Counted from the stretch's first letter, positions 1 to 11,470 are shown. The stretch: DNA of 20,000 bases from Chiloscyllium plagiosum (GCF_004010195.1 NC_057719.1:26984168-27004167); one strand, 5' to 3'. Made by a program: numbers and translations. Notes: generated by a model from the sequence alone, not told the origin.

Positions 1-560
1 GTCCGTGGTGAGACCACACTTGGAATATTGTGTCCAGTTCTGGTTGTCCTACTATAGGAAAGATACAGAGGCTTTGGAGAGGGTGCAAAGAAGGTTTACC
101 AGGATGCTGCCTGGACTGGAGGGCTTGCCTTATGAAGAAAGGTTGAATAAGCTTGGACTTTTCTCTCTGGAGAGAAGGAGGAAGAGAGGTGACCTGATCG
201 AGGTATACAAGATAATGAGAGGAATGGATAGAGTCAATAGCCAGAGACTTTTCCCCAGGGCAGGATTGACTGGCACGCGGGGTCATAGTTTTAAGATGTT
301 AGGAGAAAGATATAGAGGGGACGTCGGAGGAAGGTTTTTTATGCAGAGATTTGTGAATGCATGAGATGCGTTGCCAGTGGTGGTGGTGATAGCAGAGTCA
401 TTAGGGACATTTAAGCGACTGCTGGATATGCACATGGATAGCAGTGAGTTGAGGGATGTGTAGGTTAAGTTTTTTTTTACATTAGGATTAAACCTTGGCA
501 CAACATTGTGGGCCAAAGGGCCTGTTCTGTGTTGTACGTTTCTATATCCTATGTTTTATG
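1..560 (+). mobile_element. CR1-clade (HER1-like) LINE 3' end: ORF2 C-terminus plus 3' UTR
   Basis: ORF 5-364 VRPHLEYCVQFW...LERVQRRFTRMLPGL...RGDLIEVYKIMRG is the typical CR1 ORF2 C-terminus. It ends with gggccaaagggcctgttctgtg and a (tctatg)-like tail. Confidence 0.93.
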
Positions 561-699
561 CAGAATGTTAGACAAGAGTACCAATCAGGGCACTAAATGG
601 ATGCTTGGCTGTCCCTTGTAGAGAAGGGATTTACCTCACGGCAGCTGCCAGTCAACAAGATGTGATTGATCTGGGCTTTATCCCATATACTGACCTTTG

Positions 700-900
700 T
701 CCCATTGCCTTCATGTTATATATCTCAAATATAAAATGAACAATTGGTCAGGCATCAGTTGCCATTTGCAGAACACAGTTCCAAAACTATGCTGTGTGGA
801 AGTGCATCCAAATTTCATTCCTGACAGGTCAGGCACTAAAGATCTGACTCCTAAGTACCAGGGGTACAGTCTTTCCCTGAATCATGCGGAGACCAATATT
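700..900 (-). mobile_element. Possible highly decayed CR1 3' fragment
   Basis: Loose resemblance to the reverse complement of the CR1 ORF2 end. No clean translation. Confidence 0.3.
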
Positions 901-2000
901 CAAGCAAGCTATATAAATAGGAAAGTAGGGAAGGCTTTAAACTGAACAGTAACAATGAGGGATTATGGCTAGATGTAGTAAATCAAGTGTTAGGAGCAAA
1001 GGCAGGAGAACCAAGCAGCAATATGGAAATGAAAGTCAGAAAGTAGTGGGAAAGGACAGAGAGAATATCTCCAAGAGCATACTAACAGTTAAAATGAAAT
1101 GTTACAAGGGTACCAAGAAGACAAAACAACAATTTCTGAATCCATAACATTAATAATAAAGTAAACTCATTGATAGCACACATTTAAATAATAAAATATG
1201 AATTGATAGCCATTATGGATACATGATTCATGTTGGCCAAGGATTAGGTGCTGAATAATGAAGGGCATAGGAAAGTAGGTTAAGGTCACAATATTAACTA
1301 AGGATGACATTGCTATAGTATTTAGAGATGACCTTGCTTTAAGAGATCAGCATATGAAATTTGTTTGAGTAGAAGTGAATAGTAGGGGGAAAAGGTACTA
1401 GTGGGAGTGGGCTACAGGCCTCCTAGCAGTAAAGCAAAGTGTACAAGAAAAAATATTGGATGCTTGTGATAAAGGGACATGTAATCGTGAGTGATTTTTA
1501 TCTACATATGAACTGAAAAAAATTCACTTTGGCATTTATAACATGGATGAGGAATTCATAGACTGCTTTTGAGAGAGTTTCTTAGCGCAACTGAAGAGAG
1601 AGCAGGTTGTGTTAGGCATCGTTATCTCAGATTTAAAGGCATCCCAATGTGGGCATGAAAGCTGAACCAGTTGAAGTGACCCGCAATACTAGGCTAGAGG
1701 ATAGATACATAGAGATGCAGTGACAGACATTTAAATGAATTTTTGATAATATAAAGAAAAGTGCTGTGGGAAGGGCCTGTGTTTAATGCGAGAACTTGAG
1801 AATAGCATCAAACTTAAAGAAAAAGCTTGAAATTGCACAAAGTTGAGGAGCAGGACTGCTGGTCGGATATTTTACAGTGTGGGAAATCAGGGTATAGGTT
1901 GTAACATATTGGCATGGATAGAAGGCTGACCGAAAACAGAGACTGTGCATAAAAGATTCTTTATCTGATTGGCAGGATGAGATGAACACGTTCCTGCAAG

Positions 2001-2229
2001 GAGAAAATGCTGGAAAATCTCAGCAGGTCTGGCAGCATCTTTAAGGAGAGAAAAGAGCTGACGTTTCGAGTATAACTGACCCTTTGTCGAAGCTTTGACA
2101 AAGGGTCAGTTAGATTCGAAACGTCAGCTCTTTTGTCTCCGTACAGATGCTGCCAGATTTGCTGAGATTTTCCAGCATTTTCTCTTTTGGTTTCAGATTC
2201 CAGCATCTGCAGTAATTTGCTTTTATTAG
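2001..2229. mobile_element. Palindromic non-autonomous element (inverted Penelope-like pseudo-LTR arms) with 11-bp target-site duplication
   Basis: 2001-2092 and 2093-2184 are ungapped inverted repeats (84/92 matches by hand), followed by a 45-bp unpaired tail. The flanks are an exact direct repeat, gttcctgcaag (1990-2000 and 2230-2240), which splits the host CR1 at its VPQG motif. Confidence 0.88.
2091..2129 (+). ncRNA. Minimal type I hammerhead ribozyme motif, U3-A8 core variant
   Basis: AGCU [UUGACAA] A GGGUC-aguua-GAUUC GAAAC GUC AGCU. Helix I is AGCU/AGCU, helix II has 5 pairs (two G-U), GAAA is intact, and the predicted cleavage is after GUC (2125). Confidence 0.72.
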
Positions 2230-3165
2230 GTTCCTGCAAGTGTCTATTCCTGCAGCCTCAGCTTATTACAACTTGATTCAATAATGTAGATGAGGGGAGC
2301 AAAGGTATGGTAGCTAAATTTGCAGATGACACAAAACTAAGTTGGAAAGTATGTTGTAAAGACATAACGAGTTTGCAGATGGACATAAATAAATTCATTA
2401 ACAGGCAAAAGTCTTACAGATGAGGTATAATGCAGGAAAATATTAAATTATTCTTTTTGGCCGGAAGAATGGAGAATGACTATAGAATTCCAAAGTGTTT
2501 AGTGCGTTAGTCAGAAAAATAAGCATGCTGGTATAGCAAGTAACTAAGGAAGTTAAGCTGATGCTTCCTTGTATTACAAGTGGACCTAAACCTAAAAGTA
2601 AGTATATTATGCTTAAGTGAGAAAGAGCATTGATGAAACCACATATCAAATGTGCAGTTTTGGTTTGTTTATTAAGAAAGTATGTAAATGCAGTTCAGAG
2701 GAGGTTTACTGGATTGATAACTGGAATGAGTGGATTGTCTAATGAGAAAGGTTGGACAAAGAGGGCTTGTTTTCACTGGAGTTTAGTAGAGTGAGGCATT
2801 ACTTGGTATATAAGATCTTGACTGACCTTGATGAGGCCAATTTAGAAAGGATGTTTCCTCTTGTGGGTCAGTCCAGAGCTAGGGGACACCGTTTCAAATC
2901 TAGAGGTCAACTTCTGGACAGAGTTGATGAGCATATTTTTTTGCTCAGTGGGTTGTGCAGCTTTGGAACTCTGACTAGACACGGTCATTGAACATTCTTA
3001 AGATGAAGGTAGATAAATACCTGTTCGGCAGTGGAATCAAAGGCTATCAGGGTAAATGTGGAAATTAAAACAGTTACAGAACAACCTTTACTTTCTTGAA
3101 TGGTGCAATAAGTCCTGGGGGTGAAGAGCTTACTTTGGTTCCTGAGTCATATAATTGTATGTTTT

Positions 3166-3300
3166 TGATTTGATTTGATTTATTGTTGTCACATATACCA
3201 AGGTACAGTGAAAAGTATTGTTTTGCGTGCTACACAGGCAGATCATACCGTACAAAAGTGCATCAGGTAGCAGAACAGAGTTCAGAATACAGTGTTAGAG
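3166..3300 (-). mobile_element. 3' tail fragment of a non-LTR retroelement with (AATCA)n terminus
   Basis: (tgatt)3 microsatellite followed by tattgttgtcacat...gtacagtgaaaagtattgttttgcgtgc, recognised as a common shark LINE tail. Clade uncertain. Confidence 0.5.
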
Positions 3301-3327
3301 CCATCAAATGCTGATGTTTTAAATATA

Positions 3328-3728
3328 TAATTCATTCCTCTGATGTTGGAGTTGCTGGCTGGACCAGTATATATTGCCCAACCCTAGTTGTCCTTGAGAA
3401 TCTGGTGATGAGCTGCCATCTTGAATCACTGCAGTCCATTGATGTAGATACAATGCTAATGTGGTAGGAATTCGAGAATTTTCATCCAGCGACACTGAAG
3501 GAATGGCGCCATATTTCCAAGTCAGGATGGTGAGTTGTTTGGAGGGGAACTTTCAGGTGGTGGTATCTTCAGCTCTTGTCACTCTGCATTGTAGTAGAGG
3601 TCATGAATTTAGAGTATGCTGTCTGAGGAGATTTGATGAATTTCTGCAGTGCATCTTGTAGATAGTACACACTGCTGCTACCGATCATCATTGGTGATGG
3701 GAGTGAATATTTGTGGATGTGATGCTGC
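3328..3728 (-). mobile_element. L2/CR1-group LINE 3' end (second family)
   Basis: The minus strand encodes a decayed ...SVAAVCTIYKMHCRNS... C-terminus, followed by a FKMAAHH-like end and a short 3' UTR. Confidence 0.7.
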
Positions 3729-3729
3729 T

Positions 3730-4215
3730 GACTCCTAGCTCTCTTGCTGATAGTCTTGAAATTGTGACTCCTAGTTACTGATAGACCAACTATTGAAAAC
3801 CAAATATCCTTTTTTATTCTGTCAAACTTGTTCATAAGTTTGAACACCTCAATAAGGTCACCTCATAAGCTTCTCTACTTTAAGGAGAATAAGTCCAATT
3901 TTATTAATCTTTCCTTGTATCTAAAATCCTTCAATCCTGATGTTATTCTATAAACTCCTTTGAACTCTCTCCATGACCTTAACATCCTTCCTTATGTAAG
4001 GTGCCCAGACCACATTCTTCCAAATATGGTCTCAACAATGATTTGGCAAGGAGTAATATCACTTCCTTGCTTATATACTCTCTGTCTATATTTATAAACC
4101 CAAGTATCCTGCAAGTCATCTTAACAACTTCAACTTGCCTGGTCACCTGCAGAGAATCATGCACATGAACTCCAAGACCATTTTGCTCCTGCACTCCCCT
4201 CAAAGTTGTACCATT
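3730..4215 (-). mobile_element. CR1 ORF2 C-terminal fragment
   Basis: ORFs 3979-4203 (EQNGLGVHVHDSLQ...RILGFINIDREYISKEVILLLAKSLLRPYLE) and 3569-3847 (FKLMNKFDRI...TRSHNFK) are CR1-like. Confidence 0.85.
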
Positions 4216-4947
4216 GAGCCCATACTGCGTCTGTGTTTCTGTGCACCTCTGTCTTTGTTCTTCTACAAAGGGGCAAGGTATTCAGTGAGGTTCATTATTG
4301 AGGGCGTCCCAAAGTCACTTTGTTACAAACAGGGTTGGAGGGGGGAGGTGATTGGATGTGGAATGGACAGGACTGAACCAACCTCTGAGCTGTTCCTAAA
4401 TGGCCTGACCTAGGAAAGCAGAGTCTTAGCTGGAAATGCAATTTTTCAACTTGCATAATTAGTTTAAGTACATCCGTGTCCCTTAGAAGCTGTAGGCCTA
4501 AAGTCATTAGAATAAAATAAATGATATTCCTAAAAAATGTTAGTACTTTCTCCTTAGAAACTCTTACTTCATATAGTCTTTATCATGGCATAAAATGTCC
4601 TACCTAGAATAATCTTACCTCATTGGTTGTAATTTCTACAAAGTATCTAGAGATTTTTACAATTTTGAAACTTATCTAAAAATCGTAGCACAAGTGATTT
4701 TCCCTTTCCTGGTCACTTGGAGCTTCTGATTTCCCTTTGCTATTGTTTCCATGTTCTCTATCTCTCCAAGAACCTACCCCTCCTGTTTCCTGTGTTTCTG
4801 TTTTGCCCATTCAAGCCCTGGTATCTTGATTTCACCTGCCTCTCTTCTGGTGTATCTCCCACTCATATCCATAGCAGTTTAACATTTTCCCAGAGTTGTT
4901 TTCAATCTGCCTTCCCTTTCCAATCTTTCCTTAGCTGGCTCAAACTG

Positions 4948-5138
4948 CCAACATCCAAAGATGTGCAGGCTATGTAGATTGGCAACCCTAAATTGCCCCA
5001 TAGTATCCAGGGAATTGCAGGTTAGGTGGATTAGCCATGGTAAAATTTGGGGATAGGATGGGATGCTGTACGGAGGGATGGTGCAGATCAGATAGGCTGA
5101 ATGGCCTCTATCAGCACTGTAAGGATTCTATGATTCTA
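4948..5138 (+). mobile_element. 5'-truncated, decayed HE1/V-SINE
   Basis: tccaaagatgtgcaggc...taaattgccc matches the reverse complement of the intact SINE at 17658-18018. It ends with a CR1-derived tail and (attctatg) repeats. Confidence 0.8.
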
Positions 5139-6537
5139 AAACATTCCATTCTCTCATGATTGTTCTATCTTACCTTCCATTATACATCCTGTAACTTCAC
5201 GTTAAGGTCAAGAAGAGGAAGATGGTGTCTGACCTAGCATTATCCATGGAACTGAAAGCAACCATTGGAATTTTCCATGTAAATTAAATTTTATTTTACA
5301 ATCTGCAAGATTACCTGAGTTCTTGATATAATAAACTGGCTCAAATGTGAAAACATTCAATGAGATTTTTATATGTTAAAATATCTTTGTTAGAGAAAGA
5401 AAAATCTAAATTTAGATTTCAGGTTTAAAGCAATAAAACTTTTGTTGCCCAGAATTATCATCTTTATACATGAATTATCATTTATAGATGGTAATGTTTT
5501 TATTTTGTTAAATTTAGGCTTCTTCAGATTTTGAAATTTTTTCCCCTGCAGCATCTAATTAAGTTTAGTATTTACCATATTTCCTGATCCCTGACATAAA
5601 AACTTTCAGACTTCAGGCATTGGTGAGTTATTTTGTCCATGCTGATTTTGATTGATTTTGCTTTAAAATTAATTAGCAGACATTAAGTTGATGGCTTGTT
5701 TCAGCATTATTTGAAGTGACTTCCATTGATTCCACCTTATTAAGAAATTAAAGTTTTCATATCCTCCCCACCGACTAAGGATTTTGAAGCATGTTCATTA
5801 CATTAGGATTAATATTAGACTATTACTCTGTCAAAAAACTTTATTTCCACTGTTGCATCAATTACACAATGGACTTAGAATGAATTAAATGTTTAAATTT
5901 GACAAGTAGTTCTTTTCCATGGGCACTCCATAATTCATACAGAGCCCTATAATGTACATATTGCTGATGTCCAGTATTTTGAGTGAAAGAATGTAAACGT
6001 TTGTAAATATAATTTTTTACCAGTTCACTGGAACATTCAAAAGCTAGTCAGCCTCAAGTACTGTTTGATAGACATAGAAAATCAAATATAATACACCAAA
6101 TTGCTCAACACTTTTTAAAATGGTTCTGCTGTCATCGATAAAGCAGTTTACTTACCACTAATGATTTGCAATAATTTAAAGTCATTTTAGCAGACAGATG
6201 TCGAGCTTATGGAACAAGTTGTGGATTTTTATTTATAGTGAAACTGCTGGATGTGTTAGCTGGCAGATGGAATGCAAGTAACTCAAAATAAATTGGTAAT
6301 GTATCTGTTCTCACCTTAGAAAATAAAGCAATTATTTCTAACATTATTGTAGTCTGCTATTATGGCCTGTGAAAACATTTACAAGCTACAAAATCATATG
6401 ATTTTGCTCATGTTTTAGCTTGATTAGATTGTATGAAAACATTTGATTCTTATGAGAACATTTTGTATTTAGCCATAGCATAAAGGAAACCAATGAAACA
6501 AAAGGATTTTCTTATAATTTGCTTCTTTAACAGAAAG

Positions 6538-6958
6538 CTTTATGAGGAAAGGATAGGAAGACTAGGTTGGTGTTGTCTGGAGTTAAAAGAGTCAGAGGTG
6601 ACTTAATTGAAACATATAAGATCTTTTCGGGGAAGTTGAAAGTATGTTTCTCAAGAGAATCTAGAACCAGAGGTTGTAGATTAAAGATAAGGGTCACGGA
6701 TTTAAGACAGAGATGAGGAAACATTATTTCTCTTAGAGGGTTGAGAGTCTTCGGATTACTCTGTCTCAAAAGGCAGAGGATGCAGAATCTTTAAATATTT
6801 TTAAGGTTAAGGCATACCGATTTTTGATTGTCAGGGATATACAGGAATGTAGTGTTCACATTAATATCAGATCAGCTATGATGCTATTGAAGGGCGGAGT
6901 AGGCTCGAAAAACTGAGTGGCCTATCCTTATTCTTGCTCATACGCTCGGATGTATGTT
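6538..6958 (+). mobile_element. CR1 3' end fragment
   Basis: YEERIGRLG...RGDLIETYKI...ESRTRG remnants, and a 3' UTR ending gagtggcctatccttattcttg. Confidence 0.85.
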
Positions 6959-7182
6959 TGCCCTGGTTAAATATTATTTTCCATCTTAAGGGCATTGTCA
7001 ATAATTGCATCTATCATACTTTAGGAGAAACATAAACCTTAATTTGTGGTCTCAGTTTTGTGAAAGCAATGAGCAGAATTAAAACTGGGATGGAGGCTAG
7101 AAAACTAACCTCATCTCTTGCAGTGGCCACATCTGGGAGGCCTGTTCAAATTTAATTCCACTCAAGCACTGACCCGATCAGT

Positions 7183-7423
7183 AAAAAAACACAAATTGCT
7201 GGAGAAACTCAGCAGGTCTGTCAGCGCCTGCAGAGAGAAAATAGAGTCAGTAATTTCGGGTCCAATGATTTTTCTTCAGAACTGATATGCTGATGAAGGA
7301 TCTCTGGACCGGAAATGTCAACTTTGCTCTCTCCCCACAGATGCTGATCGACATGCTGAGTTTCTCCAGCAATTTCTGTCTTCGCTTCAGATTTCCAGCA
7401 TCCACAGTTCTCGGTTTTACATT
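7183..7423. mobile_element. Second palindromic Penelope-like/hammerhead element (older)
   Basis: Inverted arms at ~7189-7283 and 7290-7379 (aaattgctggagaaactcagca / tgctgagtttctccagcaattt), plus a ~44-bp tail. Cores are CUGAUGA (+, 7290-7296) and CUGAAGA (-, 7273-7279). Degenerate TSD actgacccgatcagt (7168-7182) vs actaacctgatcatt (7424-7438), 12/15. Confidence 0.82.
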
Positions 7424-9366
7424 ACTAACCTGATCATTGTTGGCTTTCCCAGTTTATGTGAAGGGAGTTCCTCTCCGCAAATCCAGTTGGAAGGTGTCCT
7501 GTCTCTGAGATCTCAGAAGAGGCCAGTGGGTCTTTTGTACCTGCAGTGCCACTGAGAGTGGCGGAAACTGCCTGTACTGCAGTGTGGCCAACATTGCACT
7601 CACCTCAAGAGTATGGGTGATATGGGGTAGGATCATACGGGCAACATTCTGGGAATTTGAAGAATCAAGGGGATCTAACTCTGGGTCCATCCATTTCTGC
7701 CGGCAGGTTCATCCACTGGATTTCCCAGTAAGGAGAGGCTACGGGTTAAATACTAGTGATAGTGGAATGAAACCCTTAAAGTGGGTTTTTTTTTATACCC
7801 TGTAGCAATGCAAAAGGTAGGAAAGGCAGCAGGATCTCCAAACCTGCTTCTGGAAGAGGCATTAAATTCCACCCAAAATGTACTAATAACAACATGCAGC
7901 AGAAAGTATCATGAAATAATTTTCCAAATCTGAGAGAATTACTTGCCTTCTGTTTTTCTATTTCAAAGGAGAAATGGTGTTCAGAGAATTTTATAAAACA
8001 GCAGCCTACTTACTTTCCCACTGGAAAATCATTTTTAAGGAACCTGGTTTTTTGCAATTCATGTGATTAATTTAAATTACTTAAGTAATTTAGTAAGGAT
8101 CTGAGGTTGAAAAATTCAATAACTCAGTTAATCAAGAGTAGAAGACTAATGGGATAAAGCCAAGATTATCAGAGACAGATATTGAAAAGCTCCTTGCCAT
8201 CATCATTATTAAATACTTCAGGGATTGTGCGCTGATCTGATGTTACTTAGCATACATGACTGTTAGATTCAAAGCTATGTGCTAAAGTGCTATGTGTTTC
8301 TTGTCTCTGAACTTATCTTTGAGTTATTTATTGTAGAGTCAGCATGAGTGCACAAGGGCATTGGTTGCTTGTGGCGACAAGATTATTTCACATGGTTAGA
8401 AAAATGCATTAATGTAAAATAGTTTGACAGCAAAGTTACAATAACTTATTTCACCACTTCTTTCTCTAGGCAAATATGCTGACTGTTCTACATGCTGTCA
8501 ATTATAATCAAGATACAATAAAATTCCGATTTCTGGGAGTCCATGCTTTAGCCGCAGTAAAGACTGCTACAAGCTTAATAGTACAAGAAAAGATCTTGAC
8601 AGATCCTGCATTCAATGCAGATTCCAAACATGCTAATTCAATCTTTTCAAGATATGACCATCATTACCTGCCTTAGTTTACTGTTTACCAAGAGGAAAAT
8701 TCTGTAGTCAGTTTACTGGTTTGTGCACTTTTTAATGCAATGTCACGGATTTTGTACTTGACAACTTCATAGTTTCTTTTCTCGTCAGACATGGAGGGTA
8801 CTTTTGACATTTTCATCCAGTTACCGACTAATATTGCAATTCAAGCACATAATAACAGTTTCCAAATATAACTTCTAATAACAGGTCTGTATCCATGCCA
8901 TATGACTCTATGATGATATGACTTCCAATCACCTTTAAAAATGCTGTCACCAAGAGTTAGACTTCATTCTGTTTGAAGTTTTGAAGATTACTATATCTTT
9001 GCACTGTGGGAGCGGAATGCAGTAAGGGCAGAAAGCATTGAGAAAGAAAAATACACATTTAACTACAACCTTTTAAAGGTCTATGTAGGACACCCCACTT
9101 CCCAGTTTGCATGTTCCTTAAGCCTTAAGTCCCAGAAGAATTTTCACGAAATAGTGAAGTTTACAGAACTCAACAAATTGGAAAATGTATTTGAAAATAT
9201 TAGTGACTTTAACTAATAAGGACTACATATAATATTCAATGTTCTGTGAGTCAATAATTCTTTATTTTTAACAGTATCAGAAAATAATTCAGAATTTGAT
9301 TATTTTTAACCATGTTTGAAATCATATGTGATCCTTTCAAATCTTTAGTCAAAACCATATATCAGT

Positions 9367-9949
9367 GGCTTTGAATTTATTCCCTCCCTGTGGTTCAGAG
9401 TTGCACTAAACACGTAGGTTTCTATTGAAGTTCTGCCACTGTGTTAGTGATAGAGGATCCTCCTTAGGTTGTCAGTGGACCCCGAGAAGGCACATTTCCT
9501 GCAGCAACCAATTAAGCCAGATTATTCCAATTCAAGTCAGCAACCTGATCCCAAATCTGCTGGCTCAATTAGAGACTGCAGCGCAGCAGCAACTTCAGAT
9601 GTAATACCAGGTAGAGCTGAAGCATTGACTGCATGGAGCGGGTGCCTCACTGGCCAGGAACCAGCGAAGAGGGTTAGGTGATGACATAGACATGCTGCAG
9701 GTCCCAATGTGGGATTCCAGGGAATGGGGAGAGGGAAACATTGGGGCAAAATCCTATTGACTTTACAACTGGTTCTTAATTGGCCACTAAATTGGCTGAT
9801 CTGTTAGCTTTCTCACAATTGGCAAAGTGATATGCCCAAGGAAGATACCAAAATGTCATCTTTTCCTGACCCCATGATTCTTTTCTGTGCCACTTTGCCA
9901 ACCTCCACCTCTGCTATCCTGTTGCCAAAAAGCTGCTAAAATTCTAGCC
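9367..9949. mobile_element. Possible decayed non-autonomous DNA transposon (MITE-like)
   Basis: GC-richer block bounded by the weak inverted repeats ggctttgaattt (9367) and aaaattctagcc (9938-9949). No clear TSD. Confidence 0.3.
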
Positions 9950-11319
9950 TATGGGTTCAATGTTACCTTTTTTTGGCGAATTGCACATTAGAAGTATTTT
10001 TTAGAGGGCTTCTTGCCGTGAGATCAGTAAGATGGCTCGTCATATCTTACCAAATGTGCCTCACTAGCTGTCCATCACACCATTATGGAAACCCTCACAT
10101 CCATTCCACCTCCATCTTACCACACACTATTCCTAGAACAATTTGCTACTCATTGGATAGACGCTGAAAGGCCTACATCACTAGTGCCTGTGCCATCTTT
10201 GAAAAGCTGCGGTGCACCCAGACAATCTAGTATTACTTATCCCTTACTGGCAACATTACAGCACAGTAATCACAAAGCCATGCCATGCTGCTCATGGCAC
10301 ATAGCCAGGTTGGCTGGCAATCCCTCACACATACAACTCCATCTTTCACCCTTGTTGCTATGTAACCACAAGGCCATGCAGTTTACCTGTTCTTAGTCAT
10401 ATCCCACCTAAACACCCTCTCTAGGACACAGCCACAGCATGCAGGTGGTTGCTGATTGTTAATGGGGTGAGGTGTGGTATTAATAAGGTATTTAACGAAC
10501 AATTATATCCCTTAACTGGCATCTTACTGTTGCTTAGTGAGGGAATCACCTCTCCACTCAGCAAAAGCATAAAAGGTGGAACAATATTGCGATAGATCTT
10601 GCTGGACTTCTCATTTGATTCTTTCACAAATCTCACCATAACCACATCACTCAGATCCCTATAACATTCCACCATATTATCTAATTGCTCACTCTTAGCT
10701 AGCTATCAGGCGCATATCAGACTTTGTCTTCAACAATACCAGATGGAAAGTATGCTCCACGTACCTAACTAAGATGACAGGAGTTTCTCACATTGGTATG
10801 TATACAAATCTGAGTCCTCTTTTGGCTAAAGGTGAAATGTGGAATGAAACAAGCCTTTTACAGCTCTGTGAAACAGAGAAAACAATTCACCCTTCTGCTA
10901 ATGTCGATGTTGCTGGAAAACATATGAAGACACCCCAGCACTGTCTACTCGGACTTTTAAAACAGTTTAAGAACCCAATCCATTTCTGGAAACTGCCTGG
11001 ATACTGCCAAAACTAAGCTGCCCTTCTGGTATGGATCACTTTTCTTCTCTGAACTGGACTTACTTGTGGTGTGACCTCTTCCCATCTCTCCCTTTCTGGG
11101 TCATTAAAGCACAACTTCATAAACTCTTCAGCTGTTATTTTGTCAAGTAGCTTGATAAGTTATTTACTTTGTTGGAAATGCTATTCTGACTCACAGATAA
11201 AACAAGTCTTTGCCCTTAAAAAAATGGTTACCCTCACAGAACCACATACCCAAAAACAAATTATCCCTACCTATGACCCAAGTACCCAAATAATAGTGAA
11301 AAATTATGAACCTTTATTA

Positions 11320-11470
11320 TAGTTCCCTTCTTTAAGAAAGGATAGAATTGGAGCAGTATTGCAAAGTTTCACTTGACTGATTCTGGGATGAGGAGAAATT
11401 ATCTTATAAGGAAAGGTTGGACAGGTTGGCACTCTATCCATTGGAAATTAGAGGTAATCTTATTGTAAGA
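11320..11470 (+). mobile_element. Short CR1 ORF2 fragment
   Basis: LSYKERLDRLALYPLE / RGNLI remnants (ttatcttataaggaaaggttggacaggttggcactctatccattgga). Confidence 0.75.

Larger units (their letters stand above)
1130..3160 (+). mobile_element. Old, internally deleted CR1 LINE (APE endonuclease + RT + 3' end), interrupted at 2001-2229
   Basis: Frameshifted remnants of the endonuclease: LIAI.DTW (~1200-1225), LVGVGYRPPSS (~1398-1430), IVSDFYLH (~1484) and EEFID. RT remnants include GIGCNILAWIE (~1890), AKFADDTKL (~2312-2339), GLFSLEF and a 3' UTR ending near 3160. Confidence 0.85.

Noticed and set aside
1961..2239. 92-aa ORF, or reading the palindrome as a pre-miRNA or classical MITE
   Set aside because: The ORF is a translation of the repeat. 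The asymmetric tail, variable 11-15 bp TSDs, solo arms and hammerhead cores fit a Penelope-like origin better.
8445..8676. Strong-looking acceptor (ctttctctag) followed by a 66-aa ORF as an extra KCNH5 exon
   Set aside because: No similarity to EAG S1-S3 sequence and no convincing donor.
9973..11322. Cluster of 60-100 aa ORFs
   Set aside because: No recognisable domains or splice structure. Probably decayed unclassified repeat or neutral intron.
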